DNA of 64,000 bases from Spirogloea muscicola (lineage: Eukaryota). The notes below the pieces were generated by a model. That model had not been told where the DNA came from, did no database searches, and worked only from the letters and a program-made list of their open reading frames with translations. Below, in pieces: positions 27,958 through 40,268 of the stretch. The stretch spans positions 688,447 to 752,446 of the forward strand of contig WELB01000030.1 in NCBI GenBank assembly GCA_009602725.1. The letters run 5' to 3'. A program made the translations under genes and the position numbers. Each line of letters opens with the position of its first letter. Position 1 is the first letter of the stretch.

Positions 27958-28030
27958 TGGAGAACCGGGGTATCGATCCCCGTACCTCTCGCATGCTAAG
28001 CGAGCGCTCTACCATGTGAGCTAGTTCCCC
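27958..28030 (-). tRNA. tRNA-Ala(AGC)
   Basis: GGGGAACTAGCTCACATGGTAGAGCGCTCGCTTAGCATGCGAGAGGTACGGGGATCGATACCCCGGTTCTCCA, 73 nt, cloverleaf, G3:U70, anticodon AGC; T4 run about 13 nt downstream. Confidence 0.97.
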
Positions 28031-28391
28031 CAACTCTACCGGAGGTGGGCGCCACAAAGCTATATTTCTGATGCTCTTCAAAATTGCAAGGCTTCTCTGC
28101 TCCGGCATCACAAGTGATTCAGATGTTTAGGCCTGGCGCCCAGGATTCTTACCGGCGGGACAAATAAGTCCTCACAGACTTGCGCTGCCAGTGCCCATGC
28201 CAACCAACCAGCATATCCCCCACATGAATGACTGACGTTTGCCATTGAGCGACTGCTGGAAGATAGGAGCAGTGGCTGTGGCTGCTTGCAAATGCGCGAA
28301 GTTTCGTCAAGTGTAGTCGTTGCTACCTCATCAAAAATTTGTCAAGCCCACTACAGCCCGGCCCTCAATGCGAGTTCTGCTCTGTACTGGC

Positions 28392-31300
28392 TTAGCTAGT
28401 CCTGAAGCGCAGCAATCTCTGCAGCTCCTTGCATGTTGTGAAGGCTTCCTTGCTTACTGTGACCACTTTTACTAAAGCTCTAAGGGACTGCCTAACGAAG
28501 GGGTCCTTGTCCTTGAACAGATGCTCAACTATCTGCACCAACTTTGCATCACAGAACGTCCGTAGCCACCGACTGTCAAGTCGGCATAGCAAGAGGACTG
28601 CTGCAATAGCTTTCCCCCGAAGGACCTCAGATGGATGCTGCCAAAGGGCAGAGATATTAGGTATGAGCTCCCTTGCATTGTACAGTTGTACAAATTGCTT
28701 TGATAGGCTGCACATAGACAACCATTAATAATTATTAGTCTGTGCTGAGCCACAGCTAGGCCGTCAGGGGTGGGCTAGAGTAACTTAGTAGCAAGTCAGT
28801 GCTAAAGTAATGCCTCTCGGTTTCAACTTTTATTCTGGAGAACAAGCCTCACTATCTGTCTTCCTCACATGCCCTGGAGTTGCTAGAACATCATATGCAG
28901 CCTCAGGAGGTCTTCTTTCCAAGTACGTACCTTGATCCTTTGCCTTGCAAGAGAGCAGCATTGAGCAAGCTGATGTACACTTGCTGCTCTCGCACGCTTC
29001 CTCTGGCCAGACCTGCTACAATGGTGCCAAATGATAGCTCCTTAATGACCAGGCTCAGCCACGCGGGTTGGCTACGGACGATGCGCACCAGGCAAGATCC
29101 AGCGGATATTCGTAGATGCTCGGGGCGCCCCGTCCTACAGGATGGCTTTCACCAACGTAGTCAGCGATCAGCATCTGCGCTTGCTCTCACATGTTTTCAC
29201 CTTTCTAGGACCACAATAGAAAACATGTCAAAATTTGTGCAGAAAGAGCACAGTAGGCCTACATTGCTTTCCAATGAGTAGGATCTAGTGCTTGACCAAC
29301 ACTGACAGCGATATTAATCATGCAAAGTTACCTTGTCAGTAAGACCAGATTGCTGACCACCCCTTCGCTTGCAAAGCGGACAACCCAGCCGTTTCCTTGG
29401 CTCAGTATGTTCTCCAAGGTTTTGACGGCGTAGTGTTGACTGAGACTATCTGTTCCTTGGTTAAGCAGGCGCTGTATGCTGTGCACAGTCTCGTCTGAGA
29501 CCTGCTTTCAGAAGACTTAGCAATATGTCATCACTTTGTTGAACGTAAGCATGATGATGAGACAAGAAAAGGAGCTGCAAATGCAGCTGCTTAGTAGCAA
29601 ACCTCCCAGTGGCATGAAGCATCTACTTCTTTCATAGCAGCTAAATTACATAGTTCCCAAAGCGAATGTGAGGGCATACCTTCCAACATCCTTTGATGTG
29701 GGCTGAAGTTTGGCCTCCCTCAGGCTGGCTTGAGGCTCCGTCTGAAACAGTCGCAACGAAGAAGAGCAACTCACCCAAGGAAGCCATGCCACGTTGCCTT
29801 ACGCGCTCATCTACATCCTGCAATGTTTTTGCTAGCTCCAAAACTGCATTCATCAAGAAACAGCCTGCGTTAGTCGGTCGTTTTCACTGAAGCTAGTGCT
29901 TCTCAAAGAGGATGCAGAAAGTGAAGCAGCAGCAAACACTTTCACTGTAGTCCACTCGTGTTGTTGCAGCCAAGTAAGTATACTTGCCTATATTCGTTTC
30001 GGCAAGCCAATCATGGATGTCAGTCGCGTGCCGGATGATGAGGCCAATGACATATGTTAATTTTTCACGCAAAATGGGGACTTTTGCCGCATGCAGCACC
30101 CGCACAAGGCAGGGCATGAGTGCCCCACCACTGAGCATGTTCGCAGCTTCTGTGTCAGCACACAGAAGCTCCAGGTAACCTAGAGTATTCAATCTCTCAC
30201 TCTGGGAAGTGCTAGCCTCAATACTGCTTACAATACGTTCGACATGAGCTTGTAACTCCTGTTGAGGTTGTGCAGTACATTCAGCAGGCAAGTAAGCTGG
30301 AAAGGGCAGCAATCTCTCATGGAATCTGGGAGGTTCCAGCTTCTCAATCCTTCTGTTGAGCATTATGGGCTTCACAGACTGGTCACTGTGATGCCACAAA
30401 CACTGCGTCACTGAGATGCCGGCTTGTAAACCACCCTCGGCTCGCTGCTGCTCAGAGTCTGTGCCATCTGTAAGAGTATCCACTGACACGCTTGTCATAC
30501 CACTTGCACTGTCTTCCAAGTGCAGTGCTTGCAGAGCTTCTGCTGCTGGCTTCACTTCATCGTCTGCTGGAGTTGGACCTCGCAAACTTGCTCTCCTTGC
30601 ATGGACTGGCAGACTGCTCTTCCCAGTCTCAGCATCACTTGAGGACGTGCTTCGCGTACTTTGCGTATTGCTGTTTGAGAACACGGCTGCACTGTCCTCA
30701 GCTTGCAAGGGCATGTCAGTACCCCCAGCTGAGGAAATGTCATCCTCGTCCTCTGTTGTAGTTGTGGACATGTCATCCCTTCCTTCAGCAAAGTTGAGCT
30801 CCAAGTCATGGTTCTCAATCTCCACATCAATCTCTGCTGACTGCACGGCTGAAGCCACCTGCCTGTAACCATCACCATCCGCCTCCCGCTGCAGGTTGGC
30901 CTTTGCTGCTCTTGACAGCCTAAGTATGTTGACCTCCCCATTGATTGAGATCTCCTGCAAAGGTCCCCAAGGAAACTCCTTCCTCCCCAGACTGTCGCTA
31001 CTTCTGCTGCCGTGCTTTGCTTCTTCAAAAGCAAGCCTCTCAGCACTGGTGTGCTTCTGCCCAGTGCTGTCAACTGTTTCACAGCTTCTGCCCACTTCTT
31101 CATCAGTTTGCTTGTGGAGCTGCAGGTACTTCTCAAATGCAGGCTGCCCGGGCAGCTCAAGCAGGGGAAGCTGTGCTCTCCAGAAGGGGTGCCGGAGCAC
31201 ATCACCCCACTGTATGCGACTGGCTGGGTTCTTGGCCAGTAAACGCAGCACCAAATCTTGAAAGTGTGCAGTGGGCTTTCCAGGCAGTGGCGCTGGCTCC

Positions 31301-32996
31301 TCTGTCAGGACAGAGCTCACCAGCTGTGTGAGGCTGCTGGAGTAGAACGGTGGACGGCCAGCATAGCACTCGTACATGACACAGCCAAGCCCCCAGAGAT
31401 CTGACGAGAATGAGTGCACCCCCCCTTCCTTGAGCAGCTCAGGTGCCATGTAGGAGGGGGTTCCTCTCTTTTCCTTTTCGAGCTGCACGCAGTGGAAGGT
31501 TCAGGTGACTGTCAGCCTGCATTGTAGTAGACATAGTTGAAAATAAGTCAGCATGCTTCAGCATGCACTACAGAGGGCCTAGGTTGTTATGGAGTAGGCC
31601 GACCTGCTGTACTGACTTCTTGGCAATGTCACCGAGCTTTCTTGCAAGCCCAAAATCACAGAGCTGAATCACCGAGTAGAATCTTGTCAGCTGATACACT
31701 CCTGCTCATGTCAAGTACATGGAGCAGCTCGCAGATTCACCACTAATAAGCTCGCGAATAGCAGATTTCTTCACAAGAAGGAGCCCTGTTTTGACTCCAC
31801 TTTATTTCAAAGGGACTTGATACTCTCTTACTTTGAGACGACCATTCTCGTCAAGAAGGATGTTCGACGGCTTAAGATCGCAATAAATGACTCCATTGTG
31901 ATGAAGAAACCTGCATTCACAGACCAATTGCCATCTCTGGCAATTTATCAGACCCGTAGTCAAGAAGCATCTCCTGTGCAGACTCCACCACTGAAAGAAT
32001 AGCAGCTGCTTGCAGGCCTTGGAGTAACACGACACCTTGATACAGAGGCGGCTATACTTACAGCAGCGCTTTTACCAAGTCTCGCGCGAAGTCGTGGATG
32101 GATTCTTCCGGAAGTCGAGTGTCCTATATTGATAATGCGTGCAGTTAGCAAGCATGACAAATGTGAAGATTGGTTGAGCAGGTAATGAAACTCGACATGA
32201 GGAAAGCAGCATGATGCACCTCTTCAATCCTAGCCAAGAAGTGAAGGAGAGTCTAGAAGGCAAGGGACGCAGACTTTGCCCCATAAACAGTACCCTACGA
32301 CCCAATGTAACCAACAGTCTCAGACCTGCTGCAACAAAGTCTTTAGATCACCGCCGACACAGTATTCCAAGATCAGCCACAAATGATTGTTCGTCTCGTA
32401 CCTGCATTGATGCGAGAACAAGTGGATGTTAGCAACAATCAGAGCCTCGCAATGCAGATATAAAGCTCACAGCTGGCCGTGCTACCTTGGAGAAACTCAC
32501 CACGCATAGAACTTGAGTACATTGTCGTGATTCAGCGAGTGAAGTGTCTTCACCTGGTGAAAGATAGAATGTCTCTGTGAGTTGACAGACTACCAGCAGC
32601 CTTGGGGCTGACGGTGCTTCAGCAAGCACCCTGCTGTAGGAGATAATGGAAGAGTGAAAGGTGGAAGCTCCAGCTTGCATACCTCCTGTAAGACGCGGGG
32701 CTTCTGGCTCTTCTCAACGCTCTTGATTGCACAGTACTGGATTGTCTTCTTCTTTCGTCCTTTATATACGACCTAATAACAGTATAGAGCAGCACACGAT
32801 AACCGTCTTCAGGTAGTGTGGTGCCTCCGCTCATACAGGGCATATGAAGTGAGTTACTGCTGATGACGTGGAAGGCGTCAAGCAATCTCGTCTCCGCGGA
32901 CAAGCACCTCTTCAATGAGCGGCATGTCTCTGGTCTCCCGAAACTTACAGAGTGCTTCCCTCTGCCTATCGCTTCGTAAATGTGATACTGATTCAT
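28392..32996 (-). CDS. RUK: RUNKEL/ULK4-family Ser/Thr kinase with ARM/HEAT region, multi-exon; 3' end uncertain
   Basis: MNQYHIYEAIGRGKHS / VVYKGRKKKTIQYCAIKSVEK / WYETNNHLWLILEYCVGGDL / FLHHNGVIYCDLKPSNILLDENG / LCDFGLARKL / KRGTPSYMAPEL..LWHHSDQSVKPIM / MASLGELLFFVAT / EVLRGKA. Confidence 0.93.
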
Positions 32997-33269
32997 GCAG
33001 GCCACGGACTCCAGCGGCGGCCAGGATCTCCCGGCACCACCGCTGCCGACTGTGCCGCCGCCGTTTCCTCAAGCCCCTCCTGCGGCACAGGCGGGCACGC
33101 CAGCCGAAGCTCCAAGGGCACCACACCTCCGGTATAGCACGGGCGCTTGCGCGGGCAGAGGAGCGCGCAGGACGCCGCCGCCAGCGGCGGTGGAGCGGCC
33201 TTGAGGAGGAGGTGCCGGGCTTGGATCGGGCAGCTTGCCGACAGCTGACGAGGAAGCAGCTCTTTATGA

Positions 33270-34280
33270 GGAAAAGGCGCGCGGAGCGCATGAAATGAAA
33301 GGGAGGCCAGTTCAAGCCAAGTGGGAATTGCCGTCGAGCGACCCGGCACAGAACGAAGAAGTTGCTCGCCCATAGAAGAAGAGGGGCTAGGCAAAGCCAG
33401 CCCGGAAAAGAATCGTCAATCAGCACAGAGGCTGATTGACAACGTAGCCCGTGCTGGGCTGGCCGTCTCCCAGCTATCAAATCGTGCTGGGGGTTGCCGG
33501 GGTGGCCCGTTGGCGGCGCGTTTGAAATGGCGACGAGGGGTCGCGTTTGGCGCCAAACTCTCGCCCCCCCGTTCTCAGAATCAACCAGGCAGGGGCGGAC
33601 TGGACGAGCCTAGCTTCCCGCCTGCCCTACGTGTTGCCACAGAAGGAAAGTGCGCGCAGAGGCAGAGGCCAGCCCGAAAAGAATGGACAAAAGTCCAAAG
33701 AGAGAGCCAAAATGCTCCTTGCCTTTGCACAGCTCCTTTGCTTGGCCCCTTTCGGTGGTTACTGAGCGGGTCAGCTTAGCAGCCCCCTGTCTAGAGGTTA
33801 CTGAGAGTCACCTTGCTGTTGTCTTAGTATTTAGCACTCCGGCACCTTCAGACCTTGTCCATTCCTTTGGGCTGGCCTCTCACAGCCACCAGTCAATCTG
33901 GCCGCGCTTTCGCTTAGCAGCAAGTGATGTCCATCTGTCAATGTGCTTGCCTTGGTACTTGGCCAGTCAGGCCCTCCATTATACAAGATACACTCTATTC
34001 CCCTTCGGACCTTGTCCATTCATTTTGGGCTGGCCTTTCACTTCTATCTGACAGCGACTAGCGATTGCTCCCTTTGTAAAGAAAGCGCCCTTTGTAAAAG
34101 GCCTTTCTTAGCGCTTCCTCTGGCTTCCTCTGGCCCCCTTCTCGTTCTTTGTTCATTCTTTTTTGGGCTGGCTTGTCCAGCCCCTATCCTCAATGGGCGA
34201 GCCCTTTCCTCTTTCCTTTGTAAAAGCTTCTGGCGCTCACAGCCATCGACCCCTTCCTTTGGGAGAGCCACTTTCGTTTT
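33270..34280. repeat. Cluster of dispersed-repeat fragments in both orientations, derived from the 3' UTR of the RLE retrotransposon family
   Basis: 33757 ggttactgagcgggtc and 33890-33965 match 27499-27575. Units ccccttcggaccttgtccattc..gggctggc..cagcc recur at 33845, 34000 and 34130. 33270-33325 matches 45300-45352, 48770-48818 (rc) and 59765-59808 (rc). Confidence 0.75.
33546..33557. promoter_or_regulatory. Palindromic E2F-consensus site TTTGGCGCCAAA
   Basis: Matches TTTSSCGC on both strands; lies between the divergent cell-cycle genes RUK and PSF2. Confidence 0.45.
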
Positions 34281-35408
34281 GGTGGAGGAGAAGAAAGGAG
34301 GAGGAGGAGGTGCGCGGTGCGTATGGAGCCATAGGGATGCCACATCAAGCCACCACACTGTTCAGGCAAAAAGTCAAGTGCAAATTCAAGGCGCGACCGG
34401 CACGCAGGTGCAATGCGCGTGCCATTGACCGTGCCATGATGCGCGTTCACCTCACATTAGACTGGTTGGTATGCATGTTCTCACTCGTATATACTGGAGG
34501 CCCCCGTCTGTTCTTCAGTCATTAGTCGTGTTTTTCGTCGTGTTACCTTAGCCCCTCCTAGGTTTCCCTCTCTTCTCGTTGCAATACTTTACTGGCTTGC
34601 TTTGGCCTCCCTCTCAATGCATGCGCACTGCGGGCCATCTATCCAGATCCCTGCTCGCACGAGAAAAGGAATGGGGCCCCGTAGAGGACTGGCCGTGGAG
34701 GCAAGCCTCAGTCCGGTGGCAGGCTAGCCGTGCTCAGTGGACAACGCATTTCCCATACCCTCTCGCCCGAGCCGCGGCGGCAGGCGATGCTGCTAGTGCC
34801 GCCCGAGCCTGCCGCTGCAGGCTCCGCTTCGAGCTCGCTGCGACCACAGCCGTGCACCGTCACCGCTGCGCCACCGCGCCTCTCCAGCCTAGCAGGCTGA
34901 GTGCTGAGACTGGTCACTGCTATTCGCAAGACTTCTCCCCTCCGCTCGCCGACTGAGCTGGTCAGGTGGCGTCATGTCCCAGCAACCAGCGGCGAGCGGA
35001 CACTGCATTAGAGACTCGTGGGAGGCGAGGAGGGCAGTGCAGTGACCTGGTGTCCTTGCGCTTGCGCTGGTTGTAATACTGTTCCTCAAGGCCGGTCTTG
35101 AGCTCTTTGCTTTTGGGGGCCTTCCTGACATGCTTGAAGGTATGATAACAGCGGTCCTGGCAATCTCAATGGAGTTGAGCTTGTGAAGATGCAAGGCACC
35201 ACAACAAGTACATGTGATTGAGCAAGGACATATTCGTCAATACATGCCAAAATCTCCACAATGTAGTTCAGCTTATGGCATCAGCTACAATCACAGGTCT
35301 CGACTTTCATGTCTGAACACACTGATATGACAATCCTTTCAAGTGACATGATGCTGCAGTTGATATTGTTGGTCAATCAGTAGCTTTCGTGGAGCCTGGA
35401 TTGGGATT

Positions 35409-37331
35409 ATGGAAGCTTCAAGGCCGACCTTCACAGCATCGGAGGTAAGGATACTGACTAGCTTCCTCTTTTGTCTATCCTCTTTTGTCATTGTGTCCAC
35501 TCCCTCCATTGCTACTTGTGCTATTAGGACGACATGAACTGCTCACAAGTCATGTTGTGTCCTCTTTCAGATCGAGTTTCAAGCTGAAAATGAGCTGATA
35601 TCTATTGTTCCAAATTTTCAAATGGATGCACTATACCTCCTTGGAGTGAGCACAATTCCATACTGTCGATGGCAACCCTGTCCTTCCTTGGATTGAGCAA
35701 AGCTGAGAGATTCAGGTCATATCTTCTATGACTGTGAGGAAGACTTGAAATGAGGGTCACTTCAGAGCACGTCAGAGCCCAACATAGCTAGTACTATGTG
35801 GAAAGAGGCATGCCGAGTCGTCCTTCAGGCAGATATGATGTTGCCGCATGCATTCAGGGCGAGTATGGACCTTTCAGACCACAGATGCCACTTCAGGTGC
35901 CTCTATGGGTGGCTGTTGCCTTACTGAAGCGGCAAAAGTGCATCATTCAAGCTCCAGAGTGGATGACACTGGGTAAGCTACAACATGCACATGGAGCAGT
36001 GCTTTATGGTCTCTAAAGACCCCTGGTGATGTTACCACACACACTGCTCAGAAGCCACATGGTACAAATTGCTGATATGTCACTGCCAACAGACTGTGTC
36101 CAGGTATGAGTTGCTACTGTTTCTCGTTGATGGAGAAGAAAGGAACAGTTGTACAGCTAGCTCTGTCTCAGGCTTTGTCATGTTGACAGACGAGCATATC
36201 TTGCGGCTTCTGTCCATCTCAAGATAATCTGAAACGGATTGTGCAAGAGGAGCGCAATTCGCCTCGAGAATTTCAGCCACTTCCATTCCACTATATTGAG
36301 ATCACCAAGCTTCTCATTTCCAAGTATGGACAGCAAGCAATGCTACGTAGACTCAGGCAGGCTCGCAACGATCTCTGTAGACAGATGATGAGGCCCATGC
36401 TTTGCTTGAGGCTCGATGCAAGTCTAACTGCTTGTTTTACATTGGCTGCTTCACATCTCATACAGCTCTCTCTGTGACATCCAGAACAAGTACGAGGTGA
36501 GGAGTCATCTGACCAGGATAACTCCCACAGACACTTAGAAATAGAAATGCTACTGTAGTACCCTGCACAAGCTGCCTGTGCATGAAGTTACACCTTGGCT
36601 GCCTTCTTCTGAGCACGAGCCACACAAAGTCAGAACCAGTCGAGTTCGGTGCATTCTGTGCAGGTTGAAACTCTACTCAATGATATCAAGGATGTGAGAT
36701 TCAACAAGATTGAGACTGGTCTTAGTCAACTGGATGGTAGAAGACATGCAGTCAAGGTGAAGCAATGCACTTACATTGCAGCAGGCACAGTCTGTCTGTG
36801 CATCCACGGGGCATCGAAGCACCCATAACTCACTGTGCAGCGTAATGTTGTGTTCTTCTCGACTTCCTCATGCTTTATCATTCTCATGAAGTGGTCAAAA
36901 CAGGCTTCCTTGCCAGTCATGAAAGTAGTGCTTGCCGTGACCTCACTGATTTGTGTGACCAATCTTTTGACAACACCGTCGACTGTGACCGTGCAGTTAG
37001 CCAATGTGTCAGCGATGGAGGTAAACATCATCAGGGCTTTTGCTCTGGAAGCTTTGAAGACCTTTGATAAAATAGGTGGGACACAACTGGTTCACAAGCC
37101 TCCGGCTCGGACAAGTGCACCAGAAGCTGCTTCAGCAGGATCAGGACATGTACGCCCTTTCTCCACCCTCTCTTACTCTCAGCTCTCTCTTGCAATTTGC
37201 AGAACTCATCTGTTTTTGAAATGAGCTGCATGCGGCTATGGTATGAACTCGTAGAAGACCATCTTTGACATCGCCACAAATTTACCCTGAAGTGCCTGCT
37301 CTCTATGCAGCGGATCTTGCGACAGCGATAA
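35409..37331 (+). CDS. PSF2: DNA replication complex GINS subunit PSF2, multi-exon
   Basis: MEASRPTFTASE / IEFQAENELISIVPNF / GEYGPFRPQMPLQVPLWVAVALLKRQKC..PEWM / FQPLPFHYIEI / DIKDVRFNKI / LANVSAMEVNIIRAF / RILRQR*. Confidence 0.95.
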
Positions 37332-37676
37332 GTCAACAGCCTCCAAAGGTGTTTGATAGAAGCCATTCAGCTTACTGCTGAAGCCCTTTCAATACTGCAT
37401 TGGCCTTCTTACACAGTGTACATCTGCATGCTGCTCAGCATGGCAATAGGAGCTGCTGACGAGGCTGTTGAAAGTACAAACACAATAGCCTCTATTGATA
37501 AAAAGGCAGCTCCTGGATGCATGCACAGAGAGTCTCTCCTTCGTGATAGTATGTACAAGCACCCTTGCAGATATGATCTTGGCAATCTACACACAGTTCT
37601 CTGCATTTGCTTTCACTTGCCACTTTTCTAGATTGATGATTGAGCTGCCGCAAATCAGACTGGTGACAATGTGGTC

Positions 37677-39679
37677 CTAAGCAGCAGGGATGTCTAACGT
37701 TTGAGCCACAATCTGTGGGCCCTTATACAGGCCACGACGGACCACAAAATTGTCAGGGGACTGGAACTCCTCAAGCCAGCCAAAATGTGGCTGGCTGTCT
37801 TCCTGGTCCTGCTTGCTCGACAGACCTGTAGCAGCACCCACGACATCAATAAGTGTAGTGCAGCGAGGTTGTTCTGCAGAACGAGCAAGCCCGTGTGCAA
37901 GCTGCATGCAGCAGGCCCAGGCTGACATGCAGCTGTGAGCAAGCCACATGGTGCAGCCGGCATCATGTGCAAAAGAGCGCCCACAGATGTGCATAAGAGC
38001 AAGCCACAAGTTCTACACTAAAAGCTTTTGTTGTGTTAGCACAGCACACAAACCGTGTGATGATTGAGTGTACTTGCATGTAATATCCCTCAGGAAGGTG
38101 CAAGCAAGAAAGTGCAGACTGCTCCTGTCCAATTTTCCGTAACTCCACGACTAAGTGTAAACCAAAGCAATAGGTACAAGTGCTGCTTACTTATTTGAGA
38201 TTGTGGAGGGGCAGAGACACTTTTGTAGTAGGTACAGTGGCGACCACTGGTTGGAGAGTACGGTGGAATGAGCACGTCCAGGACTGCGCAGGGGGCCAGC
38301 GCAGTGAAGGCATGTATGTTGCCTCCACTAGACGGGTACAGCACATTGGTCGGGCATGGCGCTGTGAGCACCTCATCCACCACCAGCTCAGCTAGTCGAG
38401 GGGAGCCTGCCATTGAAGGCACAACACACTTGGCCATAATGCTGCAAGGGCCTAGTGTTCGTAAATTACTTGCTAGCTATTTAATCATCACAACATTGTT
38501 GAATCGAGTGTGTACAAGTAATTACCTGTACCGCGTTGGTTGGCTGCCGCCTTTGCATGCTCCACCGATTTGGTGTTCCAGTCATAAGACTGGATGTGCA
38601 TGGAACCGTAGAGCAGCTTGCTCAATACGGTCATGCCTGGGTGATCGTGAAGTGGGATGGCGGCTGACGATGGGAAGCAGAAAATGCCCATCTGCAAGTG
38701 TTGCAACCAACAGGTCAACCAATTGTGAAGCAGAGGACGACTTTTGGAAGGCCCCCATCCTGCACGTGAGACAGGACAGCTATTGTCCATGCAAAGCTCC
38801 GTCATCTTTATCTTTACAGCCCTCTTGCTCTCTTCCTCTCTCTTCCCTCGCTTCCCCCTTCCCTATTCCCTTCTCTGCCCCTCTCTTTGCTTCCCATGTC
38901 TGTCCCTCTCTTCATTCAAAAGCTTACAGTATGCACTCAGATTCCCATGACCTGCTCAAGCCCTCTACAAGCTTGCGAGCGGTCAAGCGGCTCGATCAGG
39001 AGCCCAGACAAAGCCCTAGCTTGTCTATCTCGAGTTTGCAAAAAGAAGGATCACGATGCACAAGGCAAAAGTAGACAGTGTGAAGGTCTGGCAAACAAAC
39101 TGAGAAGGCGTCGCACTCGTGCAGATGCAGGTAGGTGATCGGCGGAGCCCACCGGGGCGGGAACGCCGAGTGCCTGCTGCGGCTGCCCAGGCCCAAGAAG
39201 CCGAGGCCGCGCTGGGACGTATCAAGCTCCGGCATCAACCCCACGTCCTCGGCCTGGAAAGCGTCTGCAAGCCAACCAGGGGCGGCAGTCTGTTCCACGG
39301 AGCTGCAGCTGCTACTTGACATGGCAACAAGTCACAAAGCAAGGTTCTTAAACGACAGAAACGGCACCCCCGGGCAAGGAGCGCAGCTGGGAGAGTCTAA
39401 GGTATGCGGGGAGGTGTTTAACGGCTGCTGAGAGCGACGAGATGGCACAGAGGCTGGCCAGCGGCATCAACGGCAGCAGATGCGTGCCAGCGGACGTCCC
39501 GCGGAGGACCAGGCCCGGGATGGCGCGGGAATTCTAGAGGCGGGTTTCTGGCGGAGGCGCTCACCCATGATCTCCCGCACCTCCTGGAGGGCGCCGGCGG
39601 GCGCGGCGCCGCCGCCGCCGCCGCCGAATGCCGCGGCGCAGGCGTCGTACAGATGCTGGACCGCCGGCGGCGCCCGCGG

Positions 39680-39680
<1 letters not shown>
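37677..39680 (-). CDS. PCO: Plant cysteine oxidase (PCO/ADO family); 5' end obscured by poly-A/n artefact
   Basis: VQHLYDAC / PPITYLHLHECDAFS / MGIFCFPSSAAIPLHDHPGMTVLSKLLYGSMHIQSYDW / LYPSSGGNIHAFTALAPCAVLDVLIPPY..GRHCTYY / YKGPQI. Confidence 0.93.
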
Positions 39681-39735
<55 letters not shown>

Positions 39736-40268
39736 NGCGGCGGCGGCGACGGCGGCGGCGGGAGTCCCGGCGCGCGGCCCGCCGCGAGAGGCGCCGGCGA
39801 TCGCGGGGCACGCCTGACGTCCACGGGGCTCAAGGTGGCGAACAAGTGACAGTGGCCCGGTCGTCAGGGCCTCCACCGTTACGAGGTCTTACGGTCGGCC
39901 GGACGCGGCTGAGGGGTACGTGTCTCATATTGTATGGATGCTCGGGGTCAAAATCTTGCCAAAGTCGAGCCCAACTACAGGCAATGTGCGACCGACCGAT
40001 CCGGTGTAAACTGGAGGTTCGGGAAGCCCGCAAGGGACCTCGCCGTCAGTAAGTTACCGCTTTGGCGGTGCAAGCCAAGTCCATAGCCGCTCCCTCGCAG
40101 CTCGAGAAAGCTGCCGCGCTCGCCGCAGGCAGGCGGCCGCCAGCGCCAGCGCCAGCGCCGCCGCCGCCGCCGCCGTCGCAAGCGGAGAGGCCTTGCCGTG
40201 GACTGCGCCTTCAATGCGGTGCCTAGGTCGCTCCCTTGGCCTGTGACTGTGCGCGCCCGGGAGGCGAT

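Noticed and set aside
39682..39736. 54-nt poly-A inside the PCO first exon
   Set aside because: Abuts an n in a GC-rich island, same pattern as 13107; likely an artefact rather than a poly-Phe insertion
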